Assembly: GCF_963676685.1 (NCBI RefSeq)
Contig: NC_092353.1
Span: 28,706,001-28,770,000 of the forward strand
Direction: 5' to 3'
Length of the DNA: 64,000 nt
Source of the DNA: Mytilus edulis
Taxonomy: Eukaryota
Below are positions 12,201 through 27,300 of this stretch, in pieces (positions within the stretch are counted from its first letter, which is position 1; each line of letters starts with the position of its first letter). The notes beneath the pieces were generated by a model. It saw only the letters and a list, made by a program, of their open reading frames with translations. It did no database searches and was not told the DNA's origin. A program made the position numbers and the translations under genes.

Positions 12201-14889
12201 ATGAGGCATAGTCTATTTTTCCTCGCTGTATTACCATGTGTGTTTGGAATATTTGGAAAGAAATGTGTTGTTGATCCGATAGAAAACAGATGGCCGGACA
12301 TGGGAAAGATATGTCATGATCCGTTAGAATACAACCAGTAAGTATACATTTTTAAACAGTTGTTTATATTGTAAAATGCATGAATTCTAGAGAAAAAAAA
12401 CTCTGTAATCATACCATTGGTTGCAGTTTGATAATGTTGATTCGAATTGCACTATGAATATTATCAAACGGCCGTAATTCTATTTGCCATTTTTTACCCG
12501 AAATACACGATCACCTAAACTTATTAGTTACAGCTTGAGTAAATTAATTAAAACAATATAATGCCATCTGTCGAAGATGAATATCATGTTATTTTACATT
12601 GTCCTGTTTATAATGATCTTCGACAAGTTCTTTTTACTGAGTCTCTTAAAATTGATGGACATTTTAATAGTTTTACAGATTGTCAGAAAATGGTATTTTT
12701 ATTTTCGAATCAAGATATTATAAGATTATGTGCCAAAACCTGTAATTTTATTCTTAAACGACGCCGAGAAGTTTTATATTGTAAATAATAATTAAATACT
12801 TTTGTTGTATAATTTTACCATTTAGGTTTAATATTTATTATTTACATATACATATTCTTTTAAGTGATTATCGTCTCTCATAAATCTGTACAGATTGGCT
12901 TATGTATACAAAATGTATCTTTTATAAATGTATTATGTAATTTTATACATAAGGTGAGACGTAAATAAAATATTGAATTGAATTGAATCTATCGGTCAAT
13001 GTATAATTTGACCTGCCTGGTTTTGCCCGACTTTCGCATGTGGTATTTATTACGTTTGGGTGTTTGTTTGCTTAACATCCAGTGTCAAATGTCAAATATT
13101 TTATGCACTTTAAGCACGGAAAAAAATTAATGATGTTAAATATAGACCGGTTGAGTACGATGGATAGGTTTGACATTTTTGATTTGCAACGAGCAACCTA
13201 CAAACTCATCAATGAGCTGTTTCAATCATTCACTGGCACTTCAGAGAGTATAAGACTATCCAACATTATGCAATAGATTTAATAACATGCATGTACCTAG
13301 TTATTTCTTTTTATTCTCCCCTCTCCCAGCCAACATGAATCGCCTCGTTAGCATGAGAGAAGTCCAGGTGACCTATTCTTAACTTGTCATTTACAAAAGT
13401 AAGAAATGTAATACTTGGCTAAAAGTATAACTATTATGCTAATGTGTCTTATAAACTTCAAACACATTAACACAATAATTGAACGAAACAAAACAATTTT
13501 GTTTTTATATAAGCTCAATTAAATAACACAGTAAATAAATACCCTTTTCTCTTTATTCAGTATTGCTATAGAACAGGCTATAATAGATGATCCAGAAATC
13601 CAAATGTATTTACAAGACGCCAGTAAAATATACCAACCAGCTGTTCCTTATGATGACCCACAGTAAGTATATTTTTATTCAATTTTGCATACTATCAGAT
13701 TTTTTTAAACATAAAAATGTTCATCCCCAAAAAATACTGTGGTAAAGGAAATGACATACAAATATTCTGCATCCAGATTTTCCGCATACCCTTTAGTGTT
13801 AAATCTTGAAGAAAAAAAAATTGATTGATAGCGTCGAAAAACTATAAATAAATGTTAACAAAAATTATTTTGAGTGAGTAAAAAAACCAACAATGAAATA
13901 ATAGATAACTGTAGAACCCTTGTAAGCAATGCTACATCAATGAACGTCATATATGAATGAGAAATTGATAGTTTTTTTTGTCTTTTACAGTATTTGCCCA
14001 CTTGATATTGGAAATCCCAGTGGACCACAGATCGTAGAATGTGGTAGTATATGTCCCAGCTCTTACACTAACTTGACAACAGTTTGGTATGAGTACGAAC
14101 CAGGAAGGACAACAATGTGTAATGTTATGAGACCATGGCAGCAAATTGTTTATTATATGCAATGCGGGTAAGTATTCCATGAATGACACATTTTTGTTAA
14201 GGGCTAGCTGAAGCACTCCTCCGGGTGCGGGATTTTCTTGCTGTATTGTAGACCAATTGGTGGCTTTCGGCTTTGTTTTTGCTATTTATCCCCCATTTCC
14301 ATTTTCAATTTAATTTAGTTTTACAACAAAATAAGAAAGGAAATACCAATTATTACAGCAAATAAGTTCAATACAACGAAATACATATGTATACATGGCA
14401 GGCAGAGGTATAAATATAATGCAAATCAAAATTGATTTGCTAAATTTTAATGTCCAATATGTCAAATTTAATATGTTAGCTAATGCAAATTTAAAAATGA
14501 ATAGTGTAGAATGCGCTTTTTCAAATTTTAAATACATCTTGATTTGAATATAAATAATTAATTTATATAATTCTCTATTTCAAGAAATCAGAGTTCTTGG
14601 CATTAATGCGTACATATACATTGTTCACTTCCAGACAATAATTCTATATCTATTTCATTTTAGAACCAAATATCCACTGGTTGATGGTATGGATAACTCG
14701 TTCCAATGTGTACCAGAAGATCTCATCAGACGTAAAATAGCTGTGTATTGTCCAAATATTGTACCACAATGTAGAAAAATGGATATTGACCTACCACAAC
14801 ACTGTGCTGCCAGCAAGTTCCAATGTAGACATAAAAAAGTTTCGCAACAATCAAAATTAGACAATCTGTTTGCTTCTTTTGGTTGGTAA
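12201..14889 (+). CDS. Family B divergent copy B': secreted Spaetzle-like protein lacking knot Cys III/VI, 213 aa
   Basis: Probable non-coding exon 1 ending 11748 (aag|gtaaac). Coding exons 12201-12337, 13561-13662, 13991-14167, 14664-14889; 642 nt, internal phases 2,2,2. MRHSLFFLAVLPCVFG...SICPS...RPWQQIVYYMQC...FQCVPEDLIRRKIAVYCP...LPQHCAASKFQC...LDNLFASFGW. Confidence 0.85.
12561..12988 (+). mobile_element. 5'-truncated non-LTR retrotransposon 3' end in B' intron
   Basis: EDEYHVILHCPVYNDLR zinc-knuckle-like ORF2 C-terminus, then AATAAA and an (ATTGA)n tail. Confidence 0.75.
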
Positions 14890-17800
14890 CATCGACGACG
14901 AAAAATCGTTTTACTAGACACACCAATGTGACTTTAAGTTATCTGTGATTATTTAATATGTGTTAAAGATTTTTGTTTAACTATTTGTTGGTACCAATAT
15001 TTAATAATAAAATGTTTTTAAAAAGTAATGTCGTAGTCTTATATATAATTAATATTTATTTTTGTAATCAGACTTGTGACTTTTTAATGAGTTATGCAAA
15101 TGCTGTAAAACACATAAAGATAAAAAAACTGATATGGAAACTGTATAAAATATAAAAATAAGAAGCTTTGATATGATTACCAGTTTTTTTCTTCTCTCAC
15201 TTTAACGCTGACGAATGTATATCATAGGAATTGTTTTGAATTTTTACGTATATGTTAGTTGGTAAATTTACAGAACTAAATAACCTCAAGAGTAGCCTAT
15301 TAGGTGATGCGTAATAATAAATTATTTTTGTAAAAGAAAATCACCATGCGTGCGTGCTAACATGGCCCCTATTTAATACACGAATTTGAACAGAAAGGTA
15401 TTTATTCTAGCGTGAACACTTTTCGAGCATTTTGCAAGACTATGCCATTATATTTAATGTCTCATTTAACATCTTGGACTGTTTATAATCTTATCTCTTC
15501 ACTCTTTGCTGAAACATCATTTTTTCCTGTATTATTTTGACGTACATTTCAAATTTGTTATTGTTGTATAAATGAATAATTCATCACCGTAAACAAGTTT
15601 AGTACCTTTCGCTTTACGTTCTAACATTAATCGTTTTTATAATGTAACAAATTGTAACAACACAGTTATACCTTTGTTCCCAAAATAAAAAACAAAACAA
15701 GGTTAACATTGTGACATATTTATGTAGTAAGTATATGTCAAGTAATAGTTGGATTACAACTTTTCTATCTAAATAAATCTACGGCTTAGCGAAAACAATC
15801 ATTACAATTTCGTAATATCGTAACAAAATAAATATGCACCTGTTGTTCCGTGGTGTCGTCCGACCTACCGTTGAGAATTGATAGGAAGTCCAATAGCACT
15901 ACTGAGCAAATTTTAGGGAAACCCTAACAACTACAGAAATAGGTAGAAAGTTATGTAGAAAGAGAAGATGTGTAATCCATCATACTAGTAATAGAAATCG
16001 AAATTGAGTTTTTTTTTGTGAATCCTAGGAATCTACAAATATAGATAGCGATAAAAATAAATATAAAGAAATAGTATAGTAGGGAAGACTGAATGAATGA
16101 AAAGTAAAACTAGAGGCCTTATGTAAGGATAAAGAAGCCATGTTTTAACAAAAAATACCTCAAAACAATGTCTAGTCAAAATCAATCAACCTCCAGACAT
16201 AAATACGAGATGCCACAGTTATGAAAAGCTAGAGATGTAAATACCATGTTTACATAAAGTATTTTAATGAAACAAAAGCAGAATATGCAATTTTAAGCAA
16301 TGCTGACACAATGTGATTGTGCGCCCACTATATACAAATCAGAGAGGAGCACATAGTTATTGATATGAAAATTACGTAAAAGTGAAGGAAACTATATTAA
16401 CAAATTAAAGAATCAGCAACATAAAATAGATAATGTAACGAGCCCAGAGTTTTAGTCATTTTCAACGTAGAAGTAACAAAATACAGCTGTAATGATGATA
16501 GGGTAAGAGGGATATCAAAAGATGAAGTTGCAAATATTATTGCTAGTACAGCAACAAAAGCAACAGACGAGATAACTAGCGAAAGAGAATAGCATTAGAA
16601 AGTAAACAATTAATAGATATAGGAAGATGTGGCATGAGTTCCAATGAGACAACTCTTCATCCAAGTAATAATTTATAAAAGTAAACCATTATAGGTCAAG
16701 GTACGGCCTTCAACATTGAGCCTTGGCTTACATCGAACAGCAAGCCTTAAAGAACCCCAAAATTACTAGTGTAAAACCATTCAAACGTGAAAACCACCGG
16801 TCTAATTTATTTAAAACGAGAAACGAAAAACACGTATGAACTACATAGACAGACGACTGTACATCAAATTAGAAAGAGAACAGTAACCACAGATTAAGAA
16901 GAAATACATGAAATAACGTAAAACTATTTTATCCTATTTGGTACAAACTGAAATTAGTGAGTTAATCAGGAAAGAATTTATCATCATGTGAACAGTATCA
17001 AAACAACTTTTTTTCGCGATGCGAAAATATATATACATACCGAAAATATAAAATGTATATACAAAAAACTGACCACAAAGGCAAATCAAAAAGGGGATGT
17101 CTATATCATTAATATATTTATCAAGACTAAAGCAAGATAATTTGGCACTCATTAATAAACGCCAAAAAAGATGGACCAAATTTTCTACAATTCTGTATGA
17201 TCTTGAATTCAGATACTTACCAAGAAAAACCTACATTGAAAAAAAACCCAACTAATCACAAATAAATAAAAACAGAAGCGATTTGATTAGAAAAAAGTAT
17301 AAGCTGTTCTATCGCTGCGAAAATAAGATGAAGGATACCAGATATTTTGCTTTAAAACCTTTTAGAGTATAGACAAATAGACAGAAAACGCTAATTAAGA
17401 TGAAGGATACCTAATAAACTGTATTTACACAGTTTTAATGAAAGCCTTTTATAAAGTATCGTATAAGAGACCCTTAAGGTAGCACAATACAAAGATTATT
17501 TTAATCTCAATCAGACAATTTTAAACTAATGTAATTCAATTCATCCTTCTTTAAATTTTATAAATGAGGTACCCTAAGAAAGAAGAAAACCAATTTTATT
17601 TGCTAATTGAAAATTAAGAAAAATAAAATAATTTAAGACAGTAGAGAAGATAATTCTGTTTTAATTGGTTATTTCTAACCGACTTAAATAAAAGAGTCAG
17701 CTTTTAATACTGTAAATGTATGATGTCCCTAGTCTGGTCAAAGGGTCAGAGTGTCCTACTTAATTAAACGATAAATTGTTGAAATTAGATAACATGTTTT

Positions 17801-18129
17801 CACGTGCAGAGAAATTTCACTTATGACCAATGTATGGAACGCGAAAACCACATTAATAGATAATCACAGTTGATCGGGGATAATGATAGTTTATCGGTCG
17901 ATCATTATAGATAGTCAGCGTAAAGTATACTTTACGTTCGACCATCATAGATGATCTAATTAATGTGACTCGCGCGCAGATAATGATGGTTACTTGTGGT
18001 TTTCAATTTTTAGTTCAAGTGCTTTAATCTTGCTTGTCCAAACAATTATGACATCTTGTGAGGCTAAGTTATATGCTCCAATAGAAGGGGTATTATTTTT
18101 TTGGTAAATGTATCTGTCCATATTCCTAG

Positions 18130-18890
18130 ATATAGGAAGATGTGGTGTGAGTGCCAATGAGACAACTCTCCATACAAATAACAATTTAAAAAGTAAACCA
18201 TTATAGGTTAAAGTACGGCCTTCAACACGGAGCCTTAGCTCACACCGAACAACAAGCTATAAAGGGCCCCAAAATTACTAGTGTAAAACCATTCAAACGG
18301 GAAAACCAACGGTCTAATCTATATAAACAAAACGAGAAACGAGAAACACGTATATTACATAAACAAACGACAACTACTGTACATCAGATTCCTGACTTAG
18401 GACAGGTGCAAACATTTGCAGCGGGATTAAACGTTTTAATGGATCCAAACCTTCTCCCCTTTTCTGAAACAATAGCATAACATCACAACAAAGAAAAACA
18501 TACGATAAAATATCAATTGGCAGACTTAACTCAATCAAAAAACGTATGATTAAACAATGAACGAATAAATTTGATCTGCGATATCTGAATACAAATGCAC
18601 AGTTAATTAAATATTAGAGACAAACATTCATGACCAAAAAGCTAACAAACAAATTCAAAAACAGGACATGACTGAGAAATATTTAACCAATCAATGTTCA
18701 CTTTAGAAAAAAACCGTTTTTTTTATAATCTTGAAGTTTATACAAATGTTGTAAGAATAAGTGAAAAATTGAAGATATTACAAATAATCAAAGCTGGTGT
18801 ACAGACAAGATCCATATAAATAAAAATAACAAAAAAGCATTATAAACAGTATCAACAGGTCGAATTAACAAGAACATACGATTTGAGAGT
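18130..18890 (+). repeat. Abundant interspersed repeat family 1 (...GAAGATGTGG...GCCAATGAGACAACTCTCC...)
   Basis: Further partial copies at about 11865-12045(-), 16615-16870, 5745-6130, 22355-22430, 46340-46435, 47335-47445, 50160-50660, 59290-59420, 60330-60470. Confidence 0.75.
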
Positions 18891-19682
18891 CCTGTCTGTT
18901 TCTCAATCCATTCCTAATAATGTTATAGTCTTTAAAGAAGTTTAGGGTGAAGTTGTAGTCACTTCAACTTGAAATTAAATAATAAATGTTCCTTATGATG
19001 TATTCTTTCTAATTTGCAATTCAAATGAGGGCTTTTGACTCCTTTTTCATGCTTCTGGTATGCGGTTAACGATTGAAAAATTAAGGAACAAGAAGTCACA
19101 CCGGGACTAAAAAACACAAACCAGTCCAAGGCCACCAAAGGGCCCTCTATACAGCCAGAAATCCAGCAGCCAGAGGCTGTATGGAGCAGCCTCCCGAAAT
19201 ACTAATGTATACTAGTTCAGGATAATGGACGCCACTCTACACTCCAAAACATAGATATGAACCAAAATGGAAAAAAAATACAAGACTAACAAAGGCAAGA
19301 GGTTCCTGACTTAGGCCTGGTGCAATAATGCTGCCGGCTTAAACGTGTTTACTTTTGTGAGATCTCACCTCCCCCTATAAGCATGATAAGTACATTTTAA
19401 TAAACTTTAAAAAAAAAAAAAACTTTAAATATCCCTTATCAATTAACAAAAGCCCTATACGTATAAAAAAAAATAATGTTTCAAACATATAAAATTTATC
19501 AAGAGTAGACCGAACGGAAAACTATATTTTTTTAAAAAGAGACGGAACTGTTAGACCACTTGCGACCTGTGAGTAGATCAAATGGGAGTAGACCAACTGG
19601 AATGTTACCATTGTCTTGTGTCAAATAACTTGTTTGCGAGTTAAGCAATTTACCAGTAAGATTTTATCACAGTCATATAGAT

Positions 19683-20680
19683 ATATCTCAACTTGTTCGA
19701 TTTGCTCGTGTATGTAACAACGTATTTGATTTTAACGAAAGAAATTTCTGTATTCCTAAAAAAATATTACACCAGGGTTTTCGATATCACAAACTAGTCA
19801 AAACATTTACTAAATTTCATCATAGATACAAGGACATCATATGTAAATATAAATCAACATGCAGACATCTTATACGTTCAGGTACTTAACATCCAATCTT
19901 TTATGGTATTATTATATACAAAGCAAAAGCTAACCAAACCTTTAAACAGACCTATTCAGAAGGGATATAGTTACGATACTGTTGTCAGGTCATTAAAGAT
20001 TGCATTTTTTGGAATTGATATTGATTCACTCATAAGGTCTTTACATCGGAAATAAACACATTTATTCTAAAACCAGTTGTTGGCATGACACGGGTTATGT
20101 TCTTCTCATATATTTTATGATGGTATGATACTAAACCTCTAACGGTAGGGATTGTGCTTGATTTTCATATGATGAAGACATAATCTTTCAATCAGTTTGA
20201 TTGAGGTCTCGAGCTGGCATGTCAGTAACTGCTAGTAGTCCTTTTTTAATTTATGTATCATTGTAATTTTGCCTAGTTTCTTCTGTTACCTATTCTGACA
20301 TCGGACTTGGTCTTCTTTGAAAATGAGTTTTAATCTGCAGCGTGTTGCTGTGTGTTTGTTTATTCTACATTGGCTAGAGATATAGGGGAAGGGTTTGGTT
20401 GAGATCTCACAAAACATGTTTAACCCCGCCTCTGGTCTTTGTTAGTCTTGTATGGTTTTTTTTTAATTTTAGTTCATTTATATGTTTCGGAGTTTAGTGT
20501 GACGTCCATTTTCACTGAACTAGCAACATTTTTGTATAGGGGCCAGCTGAAGCCCACCTCCGGGTGCAGAATTTTCTCGCCGCTGTGTTGAAGACCCATT
20601 GGTGGCATTGGGCCGTTTTCTGCTCTGTAGTCGGGTTGTTGCCTCTTTGACACATTCCCCATTTCCATTTTGAATTTTAT
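19683..20680 (+). mobile_element. Penelope-like retroelement 3' remnant and its abundant terminal repeat
   Basis: 19683 onward translates ISQLVRFARVCNNVFDFNERN...QGFRYHKLVKTFTKF, resembling the PLE RT C-terminal region. The downstream non-coding part recurs at 54920-55665 (inverted, in A4 intron 2), 57650-57840, 14195-14310, 19090-19380, 49800-49930. Confidence 0.65.
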
Positions 20681-21106
20681 CATTATGTAAAAAAAAAAAA
20701 AAACACAAAAAAAAAACAACGAAAGAAAGGACTTTCACAACTTAATAGCTTATAGAGTATAGTATATCATACAATGATTTCAAACAAGAGGACAATTCAA
20801 TTAAAACTGTCTTGCATTTTGCACGACAGATGGCACCTCTGCTGTAAAATGATATTATATGTTTGCGTATAATTAATCACGACATCAGTATCATATGCTT
20901 GTCCTTGGTAAATGTACATCGCAGGTGTTTCAAAATTTAGAACGTTTGCACAGCTGATATATTTTCACATTCAATTTAAAATGTAAATCCGGAGTTGTAT
21001 TATATATATATATATATATATATGTCGAATTTTGTTAAATGTTTCTCAGATTCAAAATAGTAAGGGGTATAACAAAATCACACTTATTTGCAATTCATGC
21101 TTTGTA

Positions 21107-21312
21107 NNNNNNNNNNNNNNNNNNNNNNNNNNNNNNNNNNNNNNNNNNNNNNNNNNNNNNNNNNNNNNNNNNNNNNNNNNNNNNNNNNNNNNNNNNNNNN
21201 NNNNNNNNNNNNNNNNNNNNNNNNNNNNNNNNNNNNNNNNNNNNNNNNNNNNNNNNNNNNNNNNNNNNNNNNNNNNNNNNNNNNNNNNNNNNNNNNNNNN
21301 NNNNNNNNNNNN
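21107..21312. other. Assembly gap (206 N)
   Basis: Run of N. Confidence 1.
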
Positions 21313-23917
21313 TCATTTATCCAAAATGTATAGTAGATGAGGTACGATTGCCGATGAGACAACTGTCCAAGTGTGTTTAATCTCGCAGTTGAAACTTTCC
21401 AATACCCGCTCTTTAACATGCATGAGGTACATTGTCCGAGAAACACGTTCTTTTATTAAAACATATTTGGGTAAATTTTAAGATTACATACCAATCATCT
21501 TTAAAACATTTGTTTTATAATATATTGAGTGAAGTTTTCTGAGATGTTATAGATAATCAGGAGCTTGTTGTTCAGTGGTTGTCTTTAATTCTAAAATTCA
21601 TTTATCTTGGTCACATGATACATGTGTTAACAAACTCTAATTAAAATATTGTTGCATTCAAGGTCAAGATCAATGTGACAAAAAATGAATAAGTTCTTCT
21701 TTTGGTAGTAATGTAGATGTTTAAATTTGGATTTAAATTAACGTACATTTATATTCTATATGTGCAAACCATTATCATTAAATCTCAAACTAAATAAATC
21801 TGCATTTATATTATATAATTATGTACGATGAGTAATTGGTCAAGTGGGGGTTTTCTTTCAACATATATTTTTGTGAGCAGTTATATGTTCAATCGCTTGA
21901 AAAAAATATCACATAAATTCAACAGCAGCTTAGATGATTTAAGCAGATCTCGGAACATCCTGACTCCCTATAACCATTTGATTCCATGACCAATCCGTAA
22001 CATGAATCCGACTAATTTCATTTATATTTCTAGGGGGAGTACTCGATTAGGAATGTTCAGCCCCTATGATGCGAAATTGAAATCCCATGTTTGGTTTAGA
22101 AATTTCTTGAAATTATTTTGATCACAGAATGAATAGAAAATGTTCATATACATCACGGTAAACAGACTGTATATTTGTTTCTATTTAAATGTTCGTTATT
22201 GATAAGCAGGAGTTAACCAGGACGTACAAACGAATAGAAGGGTAACGGATCAGTGTATACCACGACTATGTTTAGCATGGGTGTCAAAATTTTAACATAA
22301 CATTCAAACAAAGATGTGCTTCATTGTTTACCAAATATGTTACAATGATTTTGTGGTATGACTGTCAATGAGATAACTCTCCACAAGAAACCCAATGACA
22401 TAGAGATTGACAGCTATAGGCTACCATGATGGTTGCTGCCTTACACAGTCTAAATGAAAGCCTTTTATAAAGTTCCGTAAATACAAAGATTTTTTCAATC
22501 CCAGTCAGACAACTTTAAACTGATGTAATTCAACGCATTTTTCTTTAAATGTTATAAATAAAGTACCCCTAAAAAGAAGAAAGATTAATCTTTCAAATTG
22601 TGATAATTTCATTATGAAATAACTATCACATAATTAATTGCTATGTAGTTAGTTGCTATATTGTGATGTCCACACCTGAATGAATTTAGCTTCTTTGTTA
22701 TTCCATAACATCCCAAAATATTTTATAGATTCTTGTACAACACAGCTTGACCTCCAAAACCGTTTTCATAAATCATCAATAGAACAAATTGTATACCCAA
22801 TCAAATTCAGTGATCTTTTATTAATTGATGTTTCAAACTTCATTGAAGGTTTATGAGAGAGTGAAATACAATAGGAAAAATCTGAAACATGCTGTGGCTC
22901 GGTCAAACTGTGTTGTACCAGAAATCTAAAAAATATTTTGGTTCGACACTACAATTAATTGCACTATTTGCTAATGAAACTAAAATATTGAAAGAGATCA
23001 TGACACATTGCAAAATGACTTTGAACAGATAGAAAAATGAGTGACACATATCCCCTGGAATTCCAGTCAGAAAATGAAAGCACATTTGTGTACCAAACAA
23101 ACATTTGTGAGATTTTTTTACACACATTTCTTTATAAGACGTAATTATTAACATAAAATAGAAGGACATAGGCGTGGTAATAGATTGAGATCAAAACTTT
23201 GTGAAAAAGTAAATAAGGTAAATAAATTTCCTGCGCTAAAGACATCTTTTAAAATTGTAATGCAGAAACATTTCTTCCGCTATTTAAACCATTTTGTGCC
23301 ATTAAGTTAATTTATGCATTGCAATTACACAAAGCACATGTTGTTATCTTCACAACAAGAATCGCTTAGAAATGTAACACGGTAAGGGGCATGTTTCTTA
23401 GATTATTTTACCTACGGTATATAAAGTACTCCGATTACACTTACATAATAATAATCATCATTGATTTGTTAGTTGAAAAATCAACAAATTTGCACATAAA
23501 TCTAAACCCTGTCTTTGTACCATAGAGAAATGCATATCAAATTATCTCATATAAGCCCATTGTATACCCTACAAAACCGTCGGAATGATTTGTGATAAAA
23601 CTGTTCTTTACACTTCTAGCTGAGCCACCTCATATAATAGAACGGCCTGATTCAGAACAAGGACAGAAATTATCATGGCAATTAGAGAGAAAAACCACGA
23701 AACGACAAACCAAAGAGGGTAAGCATCACAAATCTTAATAAAAACCGAGGATAGCACAACAGAGGATGGCACAACTTTTTGGAATTTCGGGTTCTCAATG
23801 CTCTTCAACTTTGTACTTGTTTGGCTTTATTACTATTTTGATCTGATCATCGCTAATGAGTCATATGTAGACGAAACGCGCGTCTGGCGTATTAAGTTAT
23901 AATCATTTGATTACAGA

Positions 23918-24135
23918 AAAAAAGGGACGAAAGATTTACCAGAGGGACAGTCAAACTCATAAATCGAAAATAAACTGACAACACCATGGCTAAAAATTAA
24001 AAAGACAAATAGACAAACAATAGTACACATGACACAACATAGAAAACTAAAGAATAAACAACACGAACCCCACCAAAAACTGGAGGTGATCTCATGTGCT
24101 CCGGAAGGGTAAGCAGATCCTGCTACGCATATCGT
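23918..24135 (+). repeat. Interspersed repeat family 2 (...ACCAGAGGGACAGTCAAACTCATAAATCG...)
   Basis: Near-identical copy at about 63092-63300; decayed copies at about 40900-41070, 52730-52925, 5560-5730(-). Confidence 0.75.
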
Positions 24136-24327
24136 GCTCCATACGTGGTACCCGTAAACGTTAAAACAGAAGCACACGTAATACAAATTGTAAATATACA
24201 TTTTATTCAATATTTCTGTTGTTGTTTGTAAAAAGACATAAAAGTTAAAACAATACACATAAATGATGAGGATGAAATATATTGCACATGCCCTTGTAAG
24301 TGACTCAATACTGTTTCTTTTTTCATT

Positions 24328-27300
24328 TTAGAGATTTGTTTTGAGGGGGAATGTATCGTCACATCCAACCTTGACACAACTACATGCTGTTGGGATCTTC
24401 TCGGCATGGAGAGTTATTCTTCCATTGTCACTGGGGCATAAAACTGCCATGGTTCTGGTGACGTAATTGGTTGGTCGGCAGTAATAATCCTTTTGTGGTG
24501 CATAATGGAATCTGCATTTTGTTGTTCTCTTATGGCTGTAAATTTAAAAGTAACAACAAATTAAATTAACAAAATAAGGTCAGATTAAACATGATAATAT
24601 TTGCTAGGAATGCGTTCAATGAGATGCAGGCTACACCCCAACGATACAAATACCAAATGATACAAATAACCCAAGGTATATAATGAAAGTGAACACAAGT
24701 ATTCAACGCTAGACATGTGTGAAGGTCTGAATGGGCGGCTTTCATTTCCGTAGTTTTATTTTTTGGTAATTTCCCACCCCCATTCAATTGTGTTTCCTCA
24801 TTATTATCTATTCCTTATTTTTTGGACTATTGTTCTCTTCTTTTTTCCCTTATTTTCTGCATTTGTGGCCCTTTATCATCTATACTGTAAAACCCCACCC
24901 ATACCTTAATGTGTATCATACATTTACGATGGGGCAAAACAATACATGTAGAGTAGAAAAAAAACCACAGACTGATTACTAGCTATAAGGGAAATGATTT
25001 GTAAGTATGGGAAGAGAGGGATTGTTAATTATTCGTCAAAAAGGATATCGGGGACTGTCGAAAGTAATAGACAATAATTTCCATCCGTCTCCTATTATTA
25101 GAAGTATGATAGACAAACAACCAGGAATATGGTTGATACAGACTAACATGAAACTGGCACACTATTTTTGGGCCATCGCAGTTTAACATGCGCAAATATG
25201 TATGTTAAGAATATGAAAATAAGAAACTCATTAACTGGACCAACAAACACATTACATTCTAGGGGATTACCAAAACATGAATCATGAGGATCAGTTACAC
25301 GTACATAGTCACGTTTGGCCTATATTTCAATCTGGCTTAATTACAGTAGCATGTCTTTTTTTCTTGGATTGGTTGCCATTTAATTCAGAAATATTTAGCG
25401 TTTTTTTTTCTCTCATTTTCTGTATTCACTCGTTCACTATTAAAACATGAATAAGATGAAGTGTTACTTATACTTCAGAAAGACGTCAACCAAATTCTAA
25501 ACAGGGCAAACTTTTCTTCTACTTTAAATGATATGTTTGACTCACCCTATACACTCCACTTTATCAATAGTTTGGACTCCCTCTTCGCTTAAAACAACTT
25601 CACAAATTTCCTCGCCCAGTTTTTTACCAGTCATTATTTGGTTGATGGATCTATAAATATGGGTCACAGGTGTGCGCACTTCTCTGCACATAGGAAATTT
25701 ATAGATCTTTGCCATTTTCGTCATTCTAAAATAAAAACATGGAAATATTTATCGAAACCATTATGTGACAATGTGACTTTATTCTAATTATTATTGTAAG
25801 ACATATTAACAGGTGGTAAAGTTTAAATTACTGTGAAATGTTACTAGTAGTACCACAAAAAGTCGAACTGAGTGATTGTGTTGTTTTCAAAATAGATTAA
25901 AATAATAAGAATAAAAAAAAAAGATTATAGAAAAGAAAATATAAAGTGGATTGATTAGAAGAAACACATTAGTTGGTCAGAGTAAAGTGTCTTACGATAT
26001 ATGCCTTTTATTTGCTTTGATCTAAATCATATGCTCATAATCAACATAAAGCAAGGAAGAACAAGAATGTGTCCTCAGAACACAAATGCCCCACTCGCAC
26101 TATCATTTTCTATGTTCAGTGGACCGTGAAATTGGGGTAAAATCTCTAATTTGGCATTAAAATTAGAAAGATCATATCATAGGGAACATGTGTACCAAGT
26201 TTGAAGTTGATTGGACTTCAACTTCATCAAAAACTACCTCGACCAAAAACTTTAACCTGAAGCGGGACAGACGGACGGACGGACAGACGGACGAACGAAC
26301 GGACGCACAGACCAGAAAACATAATGCCCCTCTACTATCGTAGGTGGGGCATAAAAACAAACATAATCTATAAAGTATAAATTTATCAATGAGCTTATAA
26401 TGTCATACTTTCATGTCAAATTTAAAGTCATTACTGGTTATTTATGTTCATTATTGGTCATAACTATTCATAACTTTTTTTCTTTAACATAACAAGTTTT
26501 GATTGTTTAATTATTCGTTTTAGACCAAATCTGAGCTCTTTTTGGGGATTGTGAGCATTTATTTCATACAAAAGAACCAACCAGATAGCAAACATTGAAA
26601 TGTGTTAATGTGAAAGATACGTACCAGCTCCAAATTTAACAAGAGTTCAACTTTCAAAACACATCTCATTTAGATGCCATGTGTTTAGAATAAAACAAAA
26701 AGCAAAAAACATGCACTCTGTCTAAAGACATCTCGGAAGACAACATTATAAAGTCGTCAGTGCTTAATTGAAATTTTCTATTTCTAAAATATATTTACCC
26801 AGTTCCTCTGATATCATCTACTGCATTTTGTTTAGAGAATACGTGTTTTGAGACACCATCGCATTCTTTGCTGTGTTTTAAGTAATTCACAAAACTTCCA
26901 TCTGAGTCTTTCATTGCCTGACGGCTGTAAGAGAGATTTTTATTTATATCTCATCAAATAGTCAATCACATCTTTAATTTCAAGGCTGTTCAATAAGCTT
27001 TGACAGTATGTGGAGATAATATGATTTAATTGGTATGAAGCGGTAAGATGATTTCTTAAGTATGAAATGGAAGCATAATTTGACTAATCTACCTTTTTTT
27101 GTATTAAAACACAATGACTGTTATGATATATATACAAAATTATGAAATATCAGAACTAGCGAATGTTTTTTTTTTAATTTGTATTTGTATTAACTAAGCA
27201 TGTGTGTGAACTCTGATCTTTGATCTTTACTTTTTGCACTTTTTGTTGTATCATATCACCACGTTTTAATGGACTTTGGATAAACCTCAACGATTACCTC

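Noticed and set aside
15850-17440. Purine-rich, coding-looking stretch, possibly a decayed retroelement ORF
   Set aside because: Many stops and no motif I can recognise with confidence.
17435-17590. Similarity to about 22452-22585
   Set aside because: Short fragment of a repeat end; no complete element could be delimited.
21032-21446. Five ORFs of 73-120 aa
   Set aside because: Artefacts of the N gap.
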